Source: Pyrodictiaceae archaeon (GTDB taxonomy: Archaea > Thermoproteota > Thermoprotei_A > Sulfolobales > Pyrodictiaceae). From it: 64,000 bases of DNA. The position numbers were made by a program, and so were the translations under genes. Below are positions 49,881 through 58,113 of this stretch, piece after piece. How positions within the stretch are numbered: the first letter of the stretch is position 1; every line of letters starts with the position of its first letter. The DNA is taken from contig JALVSY010000007.1 of assembly GCA_027036135.1 (NCBI GenBank), positions 772,880 to 836,879 on the forward strand, written 5' to 3'. The notes beneath the pieces were generated by a model. It did not search any database, was not told the DNA's origin, and was given only the letters and a program-made list of their open reading frames with translations.

Positions 49881-51184
49881 TAGCTAGATAGACTAGATAA
49901 TTTGTTTATTATTGAGTCTATTGTTGCTATATCCGTGTCGCTTAGTTTCACTATTATGTAGTAGCTTAGCTTTTCCGAGTCGAATACTAGTAGCGGAAGC
50001 TGGCCTGCAAGCTCGAAGGCCTTGATCCGTACTATATTGCTCTGATTTATTATTCGGTTCGTGTAGGTGTTCGTTTTATTACTACACATTGTTACGAGCT
50101 TGTTATATGCGTGTATGGGATCTAGGTGTCTTGATGCAATATCTCTATACATTATTAATGAACTACCATTCAGTGCTGGCTCGTATGCCATAAAGCCGAG
50201 GCCTATCTTCCCTTCATCATAGAGCCTTAAGACGTGTTGTAGCTGTGTACTAGATGATAATGAGCATAGTTGCTCCGGGTTACCAATAATTACTAGTATG
50301 GTGACATTCCTCTTAGTAGTCGAGATATTGAGCAAGGCGTTCTTAGTTATGGCTTCCTTCTTAATCCCTACTGCTCTGACTATTCTTAAGTCGTAGAGTA
50401 GCCAACCCATGCGCTTAAAGGTGTATAGATTATCGCTTATCTTTATCAGTGATGACATGAATTCTGTGAGATCATACTTGCTCCTAAGTATTGGGATGGG
50501 GTAAATGCTCCACGACGGGAACGTGTAGTTGTCTCTAACGATCTTCGCTGTTTCTATCTTTGTTGCAGCACGAATCGATAACTCTGGTAGTTCGGAGAAG
50601 AGCTGGGCCTTCTTGACAACAAGTATGTTGGGCAATGGATCCGCTACTAGGAGGAGTGCTTCCCTGTTAAAGCGAGGCGCGAGCATATTTTCGCCGCCAT
50701 AGCTGTAGGCATCATAGGCTAGTCTTGCGCATAGATCCGCCCTTACGGGGAAATATTTACCATTAACTGTCTTGTTTACAAGCATGTCTCTAAGGATCTT
50801 AGCGGGTTTCCCTCTAACCACTATATAGGGGTAAACTGGTAATCCATGAATCCCTATATCGTCTTCGTGAGCAATACAATACTTTGTGTCAAGGGGTAGC
50901 TGGGCAGCCCACTCGGCGCTAATCTGGAGGAGTATATGCTCGGCTAGGAGGCCTTGCTTATCAGTATAAACAACTATTACTGCATTCTTAGCGGATAAGC
51001 ATCCAGGAGTCGTTATTCTCGGGCTAGTCCACCAAGCCCACCAAATCACCGCCAATAGTGTAGCCAGTATAGTGATTCCTGCAAGAAGGAGAGCTGTTTC
51101 CTTTTTCACAACATGTTCCCGGGAAACAAAGCTTCCAGAATAACCGTAATAACCCCGCTGCAAGCAAGGATAGAGATAGTACAT
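49880..51184 (-). CDS. Hypothetical membrane-anchored extracellular protein
   Basis: Long ORF with a single N-terminal TM helix (LLLAGITILATLLAVIWWAWW); no family recognised; true start may be downstream. Confidence 0.65.
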   Translation of the reverse strand: MYYLYPCLQRGYYGYSGSFVSREHVVKKETALLLAGITILATLLAVIWWAWWTSPRITTPGCLSAKNAVIVVYTDKQGLLAEHILLQISAEWAAQLPLDTKYCIAHEDDIGIHGLPVYPYIVVRGKPAKILRDMLVNKTVNGKYFPVRADLCARLAYDAYSYGGENMLAPRFNREALLLVADPLPNILVVKKAQLFSELPELSIRAATKIETAKIVRDNYTFPSWSIYPIPILRSKYDLTEFMSSLIKISDNLYTFKRMGWLLYDLRIVRAVGIKKEAITKNALLNISTTKRNVTILVIIGNPEQLCSLSSSTQLQHVLRLYDEGKIGLGFMAYEPALNGSSLIMYRDIASRHLDPIHAYNKLVTMCSNKTNTYTNRIINQSNIVRIKAFELAGQLPLLVFDSEKLSYYIIVKLSDTDIATIDSIINKLSSLSS

Positions 51185-51195
51185 GGGTGCTGTGA

Positions 51196-51320
51196 GGGGC
51201 CGTCGTCTAGCTTGGTCCAGGATGCCGGCCTGGGGACCAGTCCCCGCTAGGGCCGGTGTCCCCGGCCCTGCGTGGCCGGAGCGCCGGTGATCCCGGGTTC
51301 AAATCCCGGCGGCCCCACCA
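51196..51320 (+). tRNA. tRNA-Pro(GGG) with 46-nt intron at 37/38 and encoded CCA
   Basis: GGGGCCG/CGGCCCC acceptor stem, CCGGC/GCCGG anticodon stem, GTTCAAATC T-loop; intron 51236-51281 forms a bulge-helix-bulge (CUGG/CCGG helix, GGA and AGC bulges). Confidence 0.95.
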
Positions 51321-51483
51321 CTTCATAGTCTTTTGGCTTTGTTTTTATTCCCATTCTTGCTAACTATATGCATTTGTTGTCTTAATATTAATTAGTTTTT
51401 CTTACAATACCTCATAGTATAAGTAGTTCCCCAAGCACAGTAGATAGTCGGGATACGCACAAAGCTCCGTTTTCTATAGTGGG

Positions 51484-51750
51484 TTGTTCTCAATGATGAA
51501 TTCCAGGGCTTCAATGAGTATACGTATCGGAGTATTCATATCCGTCTTTGTGGCCATGTTCTTACTCATCTTTATACCATTTACATCAACTTGTGTACCG
51601 GGAGAACTCGTTGATCCCAGGGCCTTTTTGTCTAACCCGGATTGTAGGGCTTCCTCGGTTACAGCTATTCTTTTCTCTATGAGCATAGCCTTCGCTGGTG
51701 CCTGGCTAGCTTATGGCTTAACGGCTAAGCGCTACCTCTACACCTTATAG
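51484..51750 (+). CDS. Small two-TM membrane protein
   Basis: Two hydrophobic helices flanking a loop with two Cys; start probably ATG ~51493-51496. Confidence 0.5.
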   Translation: MFSMMNSRASMSIRIGVFISVFVAMFLLIFIPFTSTCVPGELVDPRAFLSNPDCRASSVTAILFSMSIAFAGAWLAYGLTAKRYLYTL

Positions 51751-52394
51751 CAGGAGCTGCTCAGCATCGGATTCGCTGCACCTTGGCTCCATTCTTGATG
51801 CAACCAGCATACCCATTGATGTTGGTACAATAATTGATAACCAAGACCTCTTTGATGCTTCTTCGAAGAAGCCAGTTGGAGGCCTTGGTACAAACGCGTT
51901 ATGGAAAAGCACCAAGCCCCTAGGCTTAAGCTTGTAGGCGAGCAAACGAAGAGCCTTAGCATAGGCACCTTTGTCTATATCAACAAATGCTATATCCACC
52001 GAACAATCCTCCACTCTCTCTCTAGGTAAGTAGTCGCATCACCCTCCACTACATCTATAATTACGCGACTTGACTTCATTTGTATCTCGCTAAGTACTTT
52101 GCGCGCATAGTGGGCCAGTATTGGGTCACGCTCTACAGCTACTATACGGCATCTTTTACGCATCTCCTCGCAGACAGGCTTAGCACCCATTAATAGCCAT
52201 AACGTAGAGTAACCAATTCCAGCTCCTAGATCTAGGAGAAAGAGGTCATTCGCGCCTCTTAGAGCATAGGCGTGACTTATGCTCTGTATCACGACGCCAT
52301 CTTCTTCCTCAATCGAGGGTATACCTAGCCGTGCTGACACTTCTGCTACGCGTTTAATGTATTGATACAGATTTTCATCCCAGTGTAGCGGCAT
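51745..52394 (-). pseudogene. Class I SAM-dependent O-methyltransferase, frameshifted
   Basis: 5' ORF has LDLGAGIGYSTLWL and EGDA; 3' ORF has VDIAFVDIDK.AY...LKPRGLVLFHNA. Removing one AG from (AG)5 at 52014-52023 fuses them. Confidence 0.85.
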
Positions 52395-52409
52395 AACCGC
52401 CTCTCCTTC

Positions 52410-52860
52410 CTAGGGTTTTAATAATATTAACACAGCTGATAAAAGAACCATTATGGCCTCTAGTGTTGGCAGCAATGATGGACTCTCGCCAAGCAATATA
52501 CAGGCTAGCATTGTCGCGCCTATTGGTTCAAGCAACGAGACGATAGTAACTCGTATGCTTTTACAAGGGAAAGAACACATACATATAATAGGGTATTATC
52601 ATAGTGGAGATCCTAAGCAGAATACCCCTGCTAGGTCATAGGCATTAGGGATTCACGCTTGGGCACATTACCAGTGGTACCTCTAGTGCTGCAAAGAGAG
52701 CTGGATATAGAGCCCGGTTTCTACAATACTGATACCTTCGCGAGAGGGCTTAGCGAACAAATAATAAGCAATACCCGAGCCAAGCTCATAAGCAGACCTA
52801 TTTTCTCCTAGCTAAGGCATTAACATTAAACCCAAGTAGAACAATAAACCTATTATTACT
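52410..52860 (-). pseudogene. Degraded EamA/DMT transporter remnant
   Basis: Minus strand reads VTIVSLLEPIGATMLACILLGESP...VLLSAVLILLKP*, preceded by in-frame stops and an out-of-frame TMIIPYYMY segment; 5' boundary approximate. Confidence 0.65.
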
Positions 52861-52887
52861 GGGATCCGTAGGGCACTACTAGTACTC

Positions 52888-52950
52888 TGCCTATGAGGAG
52901 GCCCGGCTTCAGCCGAGACCGTGATGCCCTGGGGGACGAAAGCCGAGGCA
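52888..52950 (+). ncRNA. Candidate box C/D guide sRNA
   Basis: TGCC/GGCA terminal stem; ATGAGGA (52893), 13 nt, CCGA (52913), GTGATGC (52921), 15 nt, CCGA (52943). Confidence 0.6.
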
Positions 52951-52985
52951 AAAAGGTGCCCTTGCTCGATACAGTGTGCTGCTTA

Positions 52986-53534
52986 TTACTTAGGGTCGAG
53001 CTTTGGAGGTGTTACTCCCCTCTGTCCTTGATATTTCCCGCTGTAGGGCTTTGCTACCGGGCTTGTGGTCTTCACGAAGAGTACATGGAGGAATCTTTGA
53101 CCAGGATAGAGTCTTATTGGGTAAGCAGAGCCTATGATCTCTATTGTTACTTGGCCGCAGAATCCCGCGTCAATAACCGTTGGTGGGACAAAGAGTCCTA
53201 GACGCGCGAATGTGCTTCTAACATTTACTAATCCAACTAAATCGTCTGGTAGACAAACTGTTTCAAGTGTCGTAGCGAGTACATGTTCATACGGGTTAAT
53301 AGTTATGCCCTTATCTGGGCTGGCTTTACGACATATGTAGTAACGTCCCTTGTCAAAGGGCTTTTTTGTGTCAAGCTCTGGTGCCTTGCTGTTAAAACGA
53401 CAGAATTCTTCCCCAAGGTGAAGGTCAACGCCGTTTTCTCTTATCGTGTCTTCAAACAAGGGCTCTATACGTAGCAAGTTTTTCTCAATGTACCAGGCTA
53501 TGTCTCTATCAGAGAGTATCAAGACATATATCAC
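52986..53534 (-). CDS. dcd: dCTP deaminase
   Basis: ILSDRDI, GVDL, RSTFARLG, IDAGFCGQVTIE, YSGKYQGQRG. Confidence 0.95.
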   Translation of the reverse strand: MIYVLILSDRDIAWYIEKNLLRIEPLFEDTIRENGVDLHLGEEFCRFNSKAPELDTKKPFDKGRYYICRKASPDKGITINPYEHVLATTLETVCLPDDLVGLVNVRSTFARLGLFVPPTVIDAGFCGQVTIEIIGSAYPIRLYPGQRFLHVLFVKTTSPVAKPYSGKYQGQRGVTPPKLDPK

Positions 53535-53615
53535 CCTCTTAGCTCATAGTATTGTGAGACGTTATCGCGCTTATTCTTTGCACTCTCCCTTGGCGATTCT
53601 TCCTAGAAAGCTTAG

Positions 53616-54356
53616 TCATATAAGAGGAATAGGGGTTATGGATTTCGCGTTGCTGGCGTATTCTGAGCGATTTGGGCAATTCCAGGTACTTATCCCGCAG
53701 CACTCTATTCTAATTATTGACCCGTTGGGTGTTTTTAAGAGGAGGGCTCCACTTGGCGCTAGTCCCAGTGCCACTCCGCTTAATTCTCCTTTTTCTGTTA
53801 CTACGTGTACATTGCAGCCTCTTAGGAGGTCTCTTCTTGACGCTTCCCATAAGCAGTCCTCGGGTGTCACTAATGCTCTTCCAATCCCCTTTATTATTGC
53901 TGCATAGACCTCGCCTAGTCCTCCCCGGAAACCATAGCTTGATAACCGGGTGCCTCCAGGGGGTATGGGGTTATACACGTTGATACCTACACCGATGCGT
54001 AACAAGTTCCTTCTGTAAGTTACAAGTATTCCGCCTAGTTTTCCTCGCCCTATGTAGAGGTCATTTGGCCACTTTACTCGGATTATTCGCTTCGTTGATT
54101 TCGGTAGCAGTCTCTCAACCTCTTCCGCAACGCATCCTCCGGTTGCGACCGGTAACCATATGGGAGGAGGACCGTGTTGGGTAACGAAGGTGAGCCATGC
54201 GCCTCCTCTAGGGCTTATCCATTTACCACTTCTTCCTCTGCCCCTTAGCTGTTCTAGGGCTATTACGACGCCTGGAAGCTCTGGAGGAGCAAGTCTCATT
54301 GTAGTATCTACTCGGTCATATATCTCAATGCTCTGAGGCTCAAGTACTACTTCCAA
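53616..54356 (-). CDS. birA: Biotin protein ligase
   Basis: QLRGRGRSGKWISP, VKWPNDL, KLGGIL, GVGINV. Confidence 0.93.
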   Translation of the reverse strand: MEVVLEPQSIEIYDRVDTTMRLAPPELPGVVIALEQLRGRGRSGKWISPRGGAWLTFVTQHGPPPIWLPVATGGCVAEEVERLLPKSTKRIIRVKWPNDLYIGRGKLGGILVTYRRNLLRIGVGINVYNPIPPGGTRLSSYGFRGGLGEVYAAIIKGIGRALVTPEDCLWEASRRDLLRGCNVHVVTEKGELSGVALGLAPSGALLLKTPNGSIIRIECCGISTWNCPNRSEYASNAKSITPIPLI

Positions 54357-54428
54357 GGTGATGGCCCCACATCTTTATATACGACGGATGTCGAGGGTCT
54401 GTATCGCCAAAAGTCTAAACCTTTAAAT

Positions 54429-55982
54429 TTGGGCAAATATCATGGTTACTCGGCGTTTCTGGTAAGGGTGCTGACAACCGTGCCCCGCAGAGTCTTGATA
54501 GCAGCACGCGGTGAAATAGCTATTCGCGTAGCGAGAGCTGCTAGGGAGCTCGGATGGGAACCTATCACTATATACGAGGATGAAGACAAGCTTAGCCCCC
54601 ATGTGCGCGCTGGTGTTGAGTCCTTCCCCGTCAAGAGCTACACTGATGCCTACAGCATAATAGATGCAGCTATTAAAGCTGACGCTGACGTGATACACCC
54701 AGGTTACGGCTTCTTATCCGAGAATCCTGATTTCGCGGAAAAGGTTCTTGACCATGGAATTGGCTGGGCCGGGCCCAGTCCTAAATCAATGAAGCTTCTA
54801 GGGGATAAGAACGCCGCTAAATCGCTGGCAGAGAAGCTAGGCATACCTACCCTCTCGTGGTGCGAAGCGAGGAGTCCAGAGGAGGCAAGACGCTGTGCCG
54901 ATAAAATAGGCTACCCTGTCATACTGAAAGCCAGCCTAGCTGGCGGTGGTCGCGGAAGCAGGGTGGCCTATACGCCAGAAGAGGTTGAACAAAGCTTCAA
55001 GATAGTTGAGATGGAGGCCAAGCTGGGCTTCGGCAGCCCTGGGGTAATTTTTGTTGAGAAGTTCATCAAGAATGCGAGACATATAGAAGTACAAATACTA
55101 GGTGATGGCGCGGGAACAGTTCTCCACCTCTTTGAGAGAGAGTGCAGCCTCCAGAGAAGAAGGCAGAAAATAATAGAGGAAGCACCAAGCCCCTTTGTCG
55201 AGAGAATAGAGAGAACTAGGAGACTCCGCGAAGAACTAACTAAGTACGCTGTTGCTCTAGGAGAGGCTGTTGACTATGCAAGTGCAGGCACGGTGGAGTT
55301 CGTTGTAGACCAGCAAGGAAAACCCTATCTCATAGAAGTTAATACCCGTCTACAAGTCGAACACGGTGTTACTGAGGAGGTCACTGGCGTAGATATTGTG
55401 AAGCAACAACTACTGGTTGCTGCAGGGTACCCCCTCTCTATTAATCAGCACGACATTAGGCTTCACGGATGGGCTATAGAGGCACGCATATATGCAGAGG
55501 ACCCCATTAATGGATTTAGAGCCTCAGAGGGCATTATTCGCAGATACATAGAGCCACGTGGACCCGGCATAAGGGTTGACTCAGCAGCCGAGGAGGGTAT
55601 GCCCATAAACCCGAAATACGACACGCTCGTAGCAAAAGTTATTGCTAGGGGCTTCTCCCGTAACGAGGCCATATCGAAGCTCCGATGGGCCCTAAGGGAG
55701 ACACTAATAGCTGGCGTCGAAACAAATCTTGATCTCTTACGCGTCATAGTGGATCAGCCCTGGTTTGCTGACGCGGAGTACGATACAAGAATCGTTGAGA
55801 GAAGGCTACACGAGCTAGTATACGAGATACGGAGAAGAAGAGGAATAATTAAGTCAATAGCGGCGAAGCTCAATACGGATATCGTTACAAACGCATATGA
55901 ACTAACAAATGGCTCCGCTGCAGTGATGAACCATGGATATGGGTGGCCTTGGCCGCCGTGGAGGAGAGCAGGATACACCTAG
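54429..55982 (+). CDS. accC: Biotin carboxylase subunit
   Basis: RGEIAIRV, HPGYGFLSENP, GGGGRG, RECSLQRRRQK, EVNTRLQVEH, EARIYAEDP; start probably GTG 54468. Confidence 0.95.
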   Translation: MGKYHGYSAFLVRVLTTVPRRVLIAARGEIAIRVARAARELGWEPITIYEDEDKLSPHVRAGVESFPVKSYTDAYSIIDAAIKADADVIHPGYGFLSENPDFAEKVLDHGIGWAGPSPKSMKLLGDKNAAKSLAEKLGIPTLSWCEARSPEEARRCADKIGYPVILKASLAGGGRGSRVAYTPEEVEQSFKIVEMEAKLGFGSPGVIFVEKFIKNARHIEVQILGDGAGTVLHLFERECSLQRRRQKIIEEAPSPFVERIERTRRLREELTKYAVALGEAVDYASAGTVEFVVDQQGKPYLIEVNTRLQVEHGVTEEVTGVDIVKQQLLVAAGYPLSINQHDIRLHGWAIEARIYAEDPINGFRASEGIIRRYIEPRGPGIRVDSAAEEGMPINPKYDTLVAKVIARGFSRNEAISKLRWALRETLIAGVETNLDLLRVIVDQPWFADAEYDTRIVERRLHELVYEIRRRRGIIKSIAAKLNTDIVTNAYELTNGSAAVMNHGYGWPWPPWRRAGYT

Positions 55983-56415
55983 GCTTCTTCGTCTCCGAAA
56001 GCTAGGAGAAAGACTCTATGAAGCCGAGCTAGTAACAGAGCATGGAGAAAGGCTAAGGCTACAAGTAAGAATTGATAATGACGTCATAGAGACTCCATTT
56101 GGCCGCTATCATTTATCAAACCTCGATATATCCGAGCACAAGCCTGCCCAGACAAGCAGTAGTGGCGAATCCTGGCTCGTAGAGTTCGACGAACACGAGG
56201 GCGTTCTTAGAGCAAAATTATCAATGAAGATAGTGGAGACTGTGAAGAAACCGGGTGACAAGATAAAGAAGGGCGACAAAATAGCAACGATAGAGACTAT
56301 GAAGATGCTTAACGATATCCACGCGCCATGCGATGGCGAGATAGTTGAAATAACCCAACCTGGCCAAGGCCTCTCACCCGGTAACATACTTGCGAGGATA
56401 AAGTGCGAGACCTAG
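55933..56415 (+). CDS. accB: Biotin carboxyl carrier protein
   Basis: C-terminal biotinyl domain with ETMKM. Confidence 0.9.
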   Translation: MDMGGLGRRGGEQDTPRLLRLRKLGERLYEAELVTEHGERLRLQVRIDNDVIETPFGRYHLSNLDISEHKPAQTSSSGESWLVEFDEHEGVLRAKLSMKIVETVKKPGDKIKKGDKIATIETMKMLNDIHAPCDGEIVEITQPGQGLSPGNILARIKCET

Positions 56416-56540
56416 TTCCAATACGCCCCATTTATTCACAATTATTTCCCCTTTAATTCCCTGCCCAAGGGTTCTTAGGATGCAATACTCTTCTACACAT
56501 ACACACATAGTATGTTGCCGGTAAAGGCGCTCCGGGTGTA

Positions 56541-58085
56541 ATGGTCTTGGAGAAGCTGCGCGAGCTAGAAGAGCTTCGTAGACGCTTATCCTCGCCGGAC
56601 CCCGAGAAGGCTAAGAGGCAGCATGCCAAGGGCAAGCTGCTTGCACGAGAAAGGCTTGAGATGCTTCTAGACCCTGGTAGCTTTGAGGAGATACAGTGGC
56701 TAGCTACGACACGTAGTACCCTATTCGGCCTTGATAAGAAAAAGGTCCCTGGAGACGGAGTAATAGCTGGCTATGGTAAGGTCAATGGACGACCCGTCTA
56801 TGTGTTTGTCCAGGACTTTACTGTGATGGGGGGAAGCATAGGAGAAGCACATGCAGAGAAAATCGTGAGAACAATAGAGCTTGCAACAAAGAGCGGAGTA
56901 CCAGTCATAGGGATATGGGATTCCGGTGGCGCAAGGATACAGGAGGGCGTTGCCTCACTTCACGGCGTTGGAAGAATAATGAAAGCAATTGTTGATGCTA
57001 GTGGCGTGATTCCCCAAATCTCCCTAGTACTTGGCCCAGCAGCTGGCGGAGCCGCGTACGCACCTGCGCTCATGGATTTCACTGTAGTTGTTGACAACGT
57101 CACTTACCTCTTCGTCACGGGCCCCGAGGTAGTAAAGGAGGTTACTGGCGAGGAGATAGACTTCGAGGGACTTGGCGGAGCTAGAGTACATAGCCAAATT
57201 AGCGGCGTTGCACACTTCAGGGCAGGGAGCGAGGAGGAAGCATTCTCTCTTACAAAGAAGCTTCTAACTTACCTACCTGACAACAACGAGGCCCCATTAC
57301 CTGTGATTAATACTAGCGACCCTACTGACAGAGTAGATAAAGAGCTTGACTCGATTGTCCCGGAGGACCCCATGCGCTCCTATGATATGAGAATGGTGCT
57401 GGAAAAGGTATTCGATAAGGGCTCGTTATTAGAGGTACACAAGGAATGGGGCCAGAGCATCATTACTGCCTTTGCCCGCCTAGGGGGAATACCTGTCTGT
57501 ATTGTGGCCAGCCAGCCCCTAATAATGAGCGGCGCTATAGACATCAATGCCTCTTGTAAGGCTGCGCGTTTTGTAAGGTTCTGCGACGCCTTCAACTTAC
57601 CAATAATCACGTTTGTTGACGTACCAGGGTACATGCCGGGAACGCAGCAAGAGCATGGAGGAATAATTCGTCATGGAGCAAAGATGCTATATGCTTACTC
57701 GGAGGCAACTAGTCCGAAGATAACAGTCATCGTGCGCAAGGCATATGGGGGCGCCTACATATCTATGGGTAGCCGATCCATGGGCGCGGACATAGTATTC
57801 GCGTGGCCAACGGCCGAGATAGCTGTCATGGGTGCTGAGGCTGCTGTTAGGATACTTTACCGGAAGCAGTTAGCACGCTCACCACATCCAGAAGAGGAGA
57901 AAAAGAAACTCATAGAGGAGTTCAAAAAGACCTTCCTAAACCCTTATAGGGCAGCCGAACTAGGGCTTGTAGATGACGTAATAGCTCCTAGAGAGACGAG
58001 GCAGAAGCTCTATCGAGCAGTAACGATTCTATTGAAGAAGAGAGAGTGGAGACCGCCCCGTAAGCACGGCAATATACCGCTCTAG
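56541..58085 (+). CDS. pccB: Acyl-CoA carboxylase carboxyltransferase subunit
   Basis: QDFTVMGGS, DSGGARIQEG, DVPGYMPG, RKAYGGAY, KHGNIPL. Confidence 0.95.
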   Translation: MVLEKLRELEELRRRLSSPDPEKAKRQHAKGKLLARERLEMLLDPGSFEEIQWLATTRSTLFGLDKKKVPGDGVIAGYGKVNGRPVYVFVQDFTVMGGSIGEAHAEKIVRTIELATKSGVPVIGIWDSGGARIQEGVASLHGVGRIMKAIVDASGVIPQISLVLGPAAGGAAYAPALMDFTVVVDNVTYLFVTGPEVVKEVTGEEIDFEGLGGARVHSQISGVAHFRAGSEEEAFSLTKKLLTYLPDNNEAPLPVINTSDPTDRVDKELDSIVPEDPMRSYDMRMVLEKVFDKGSLLEVHKEWGQSIITAFARLGGIPVCIVASQPLIMSGAIDINASCKAARFVRFCDAFNLPIITFVDVPGYMPGTQQEHGGIIRHGAKMLYAYSEATSPKITVIVRKAYGGAYISMGSRSMGADIVFAWPTAEIAVMGAEAAVRILYRKQLARSPHPEEEKKKLIEEFKKTFLNPYRAAELGLVDDVIAPRETRQKLYRAVTILLKKREWRPPRKHGNIPL

Positions 58086-58113
58086 ACCGCCTACCCTACC
58101 CAGGGACGTCGAC

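Noticed and set aside
52893-53201. 102-aa ORF, and a hammerhead-like reading of GGCTTC...GAAAGCC
   Set aside because: ORF is largely antisense to dcd; the CUGANGA core is absent, and a C/D box reading fits better.
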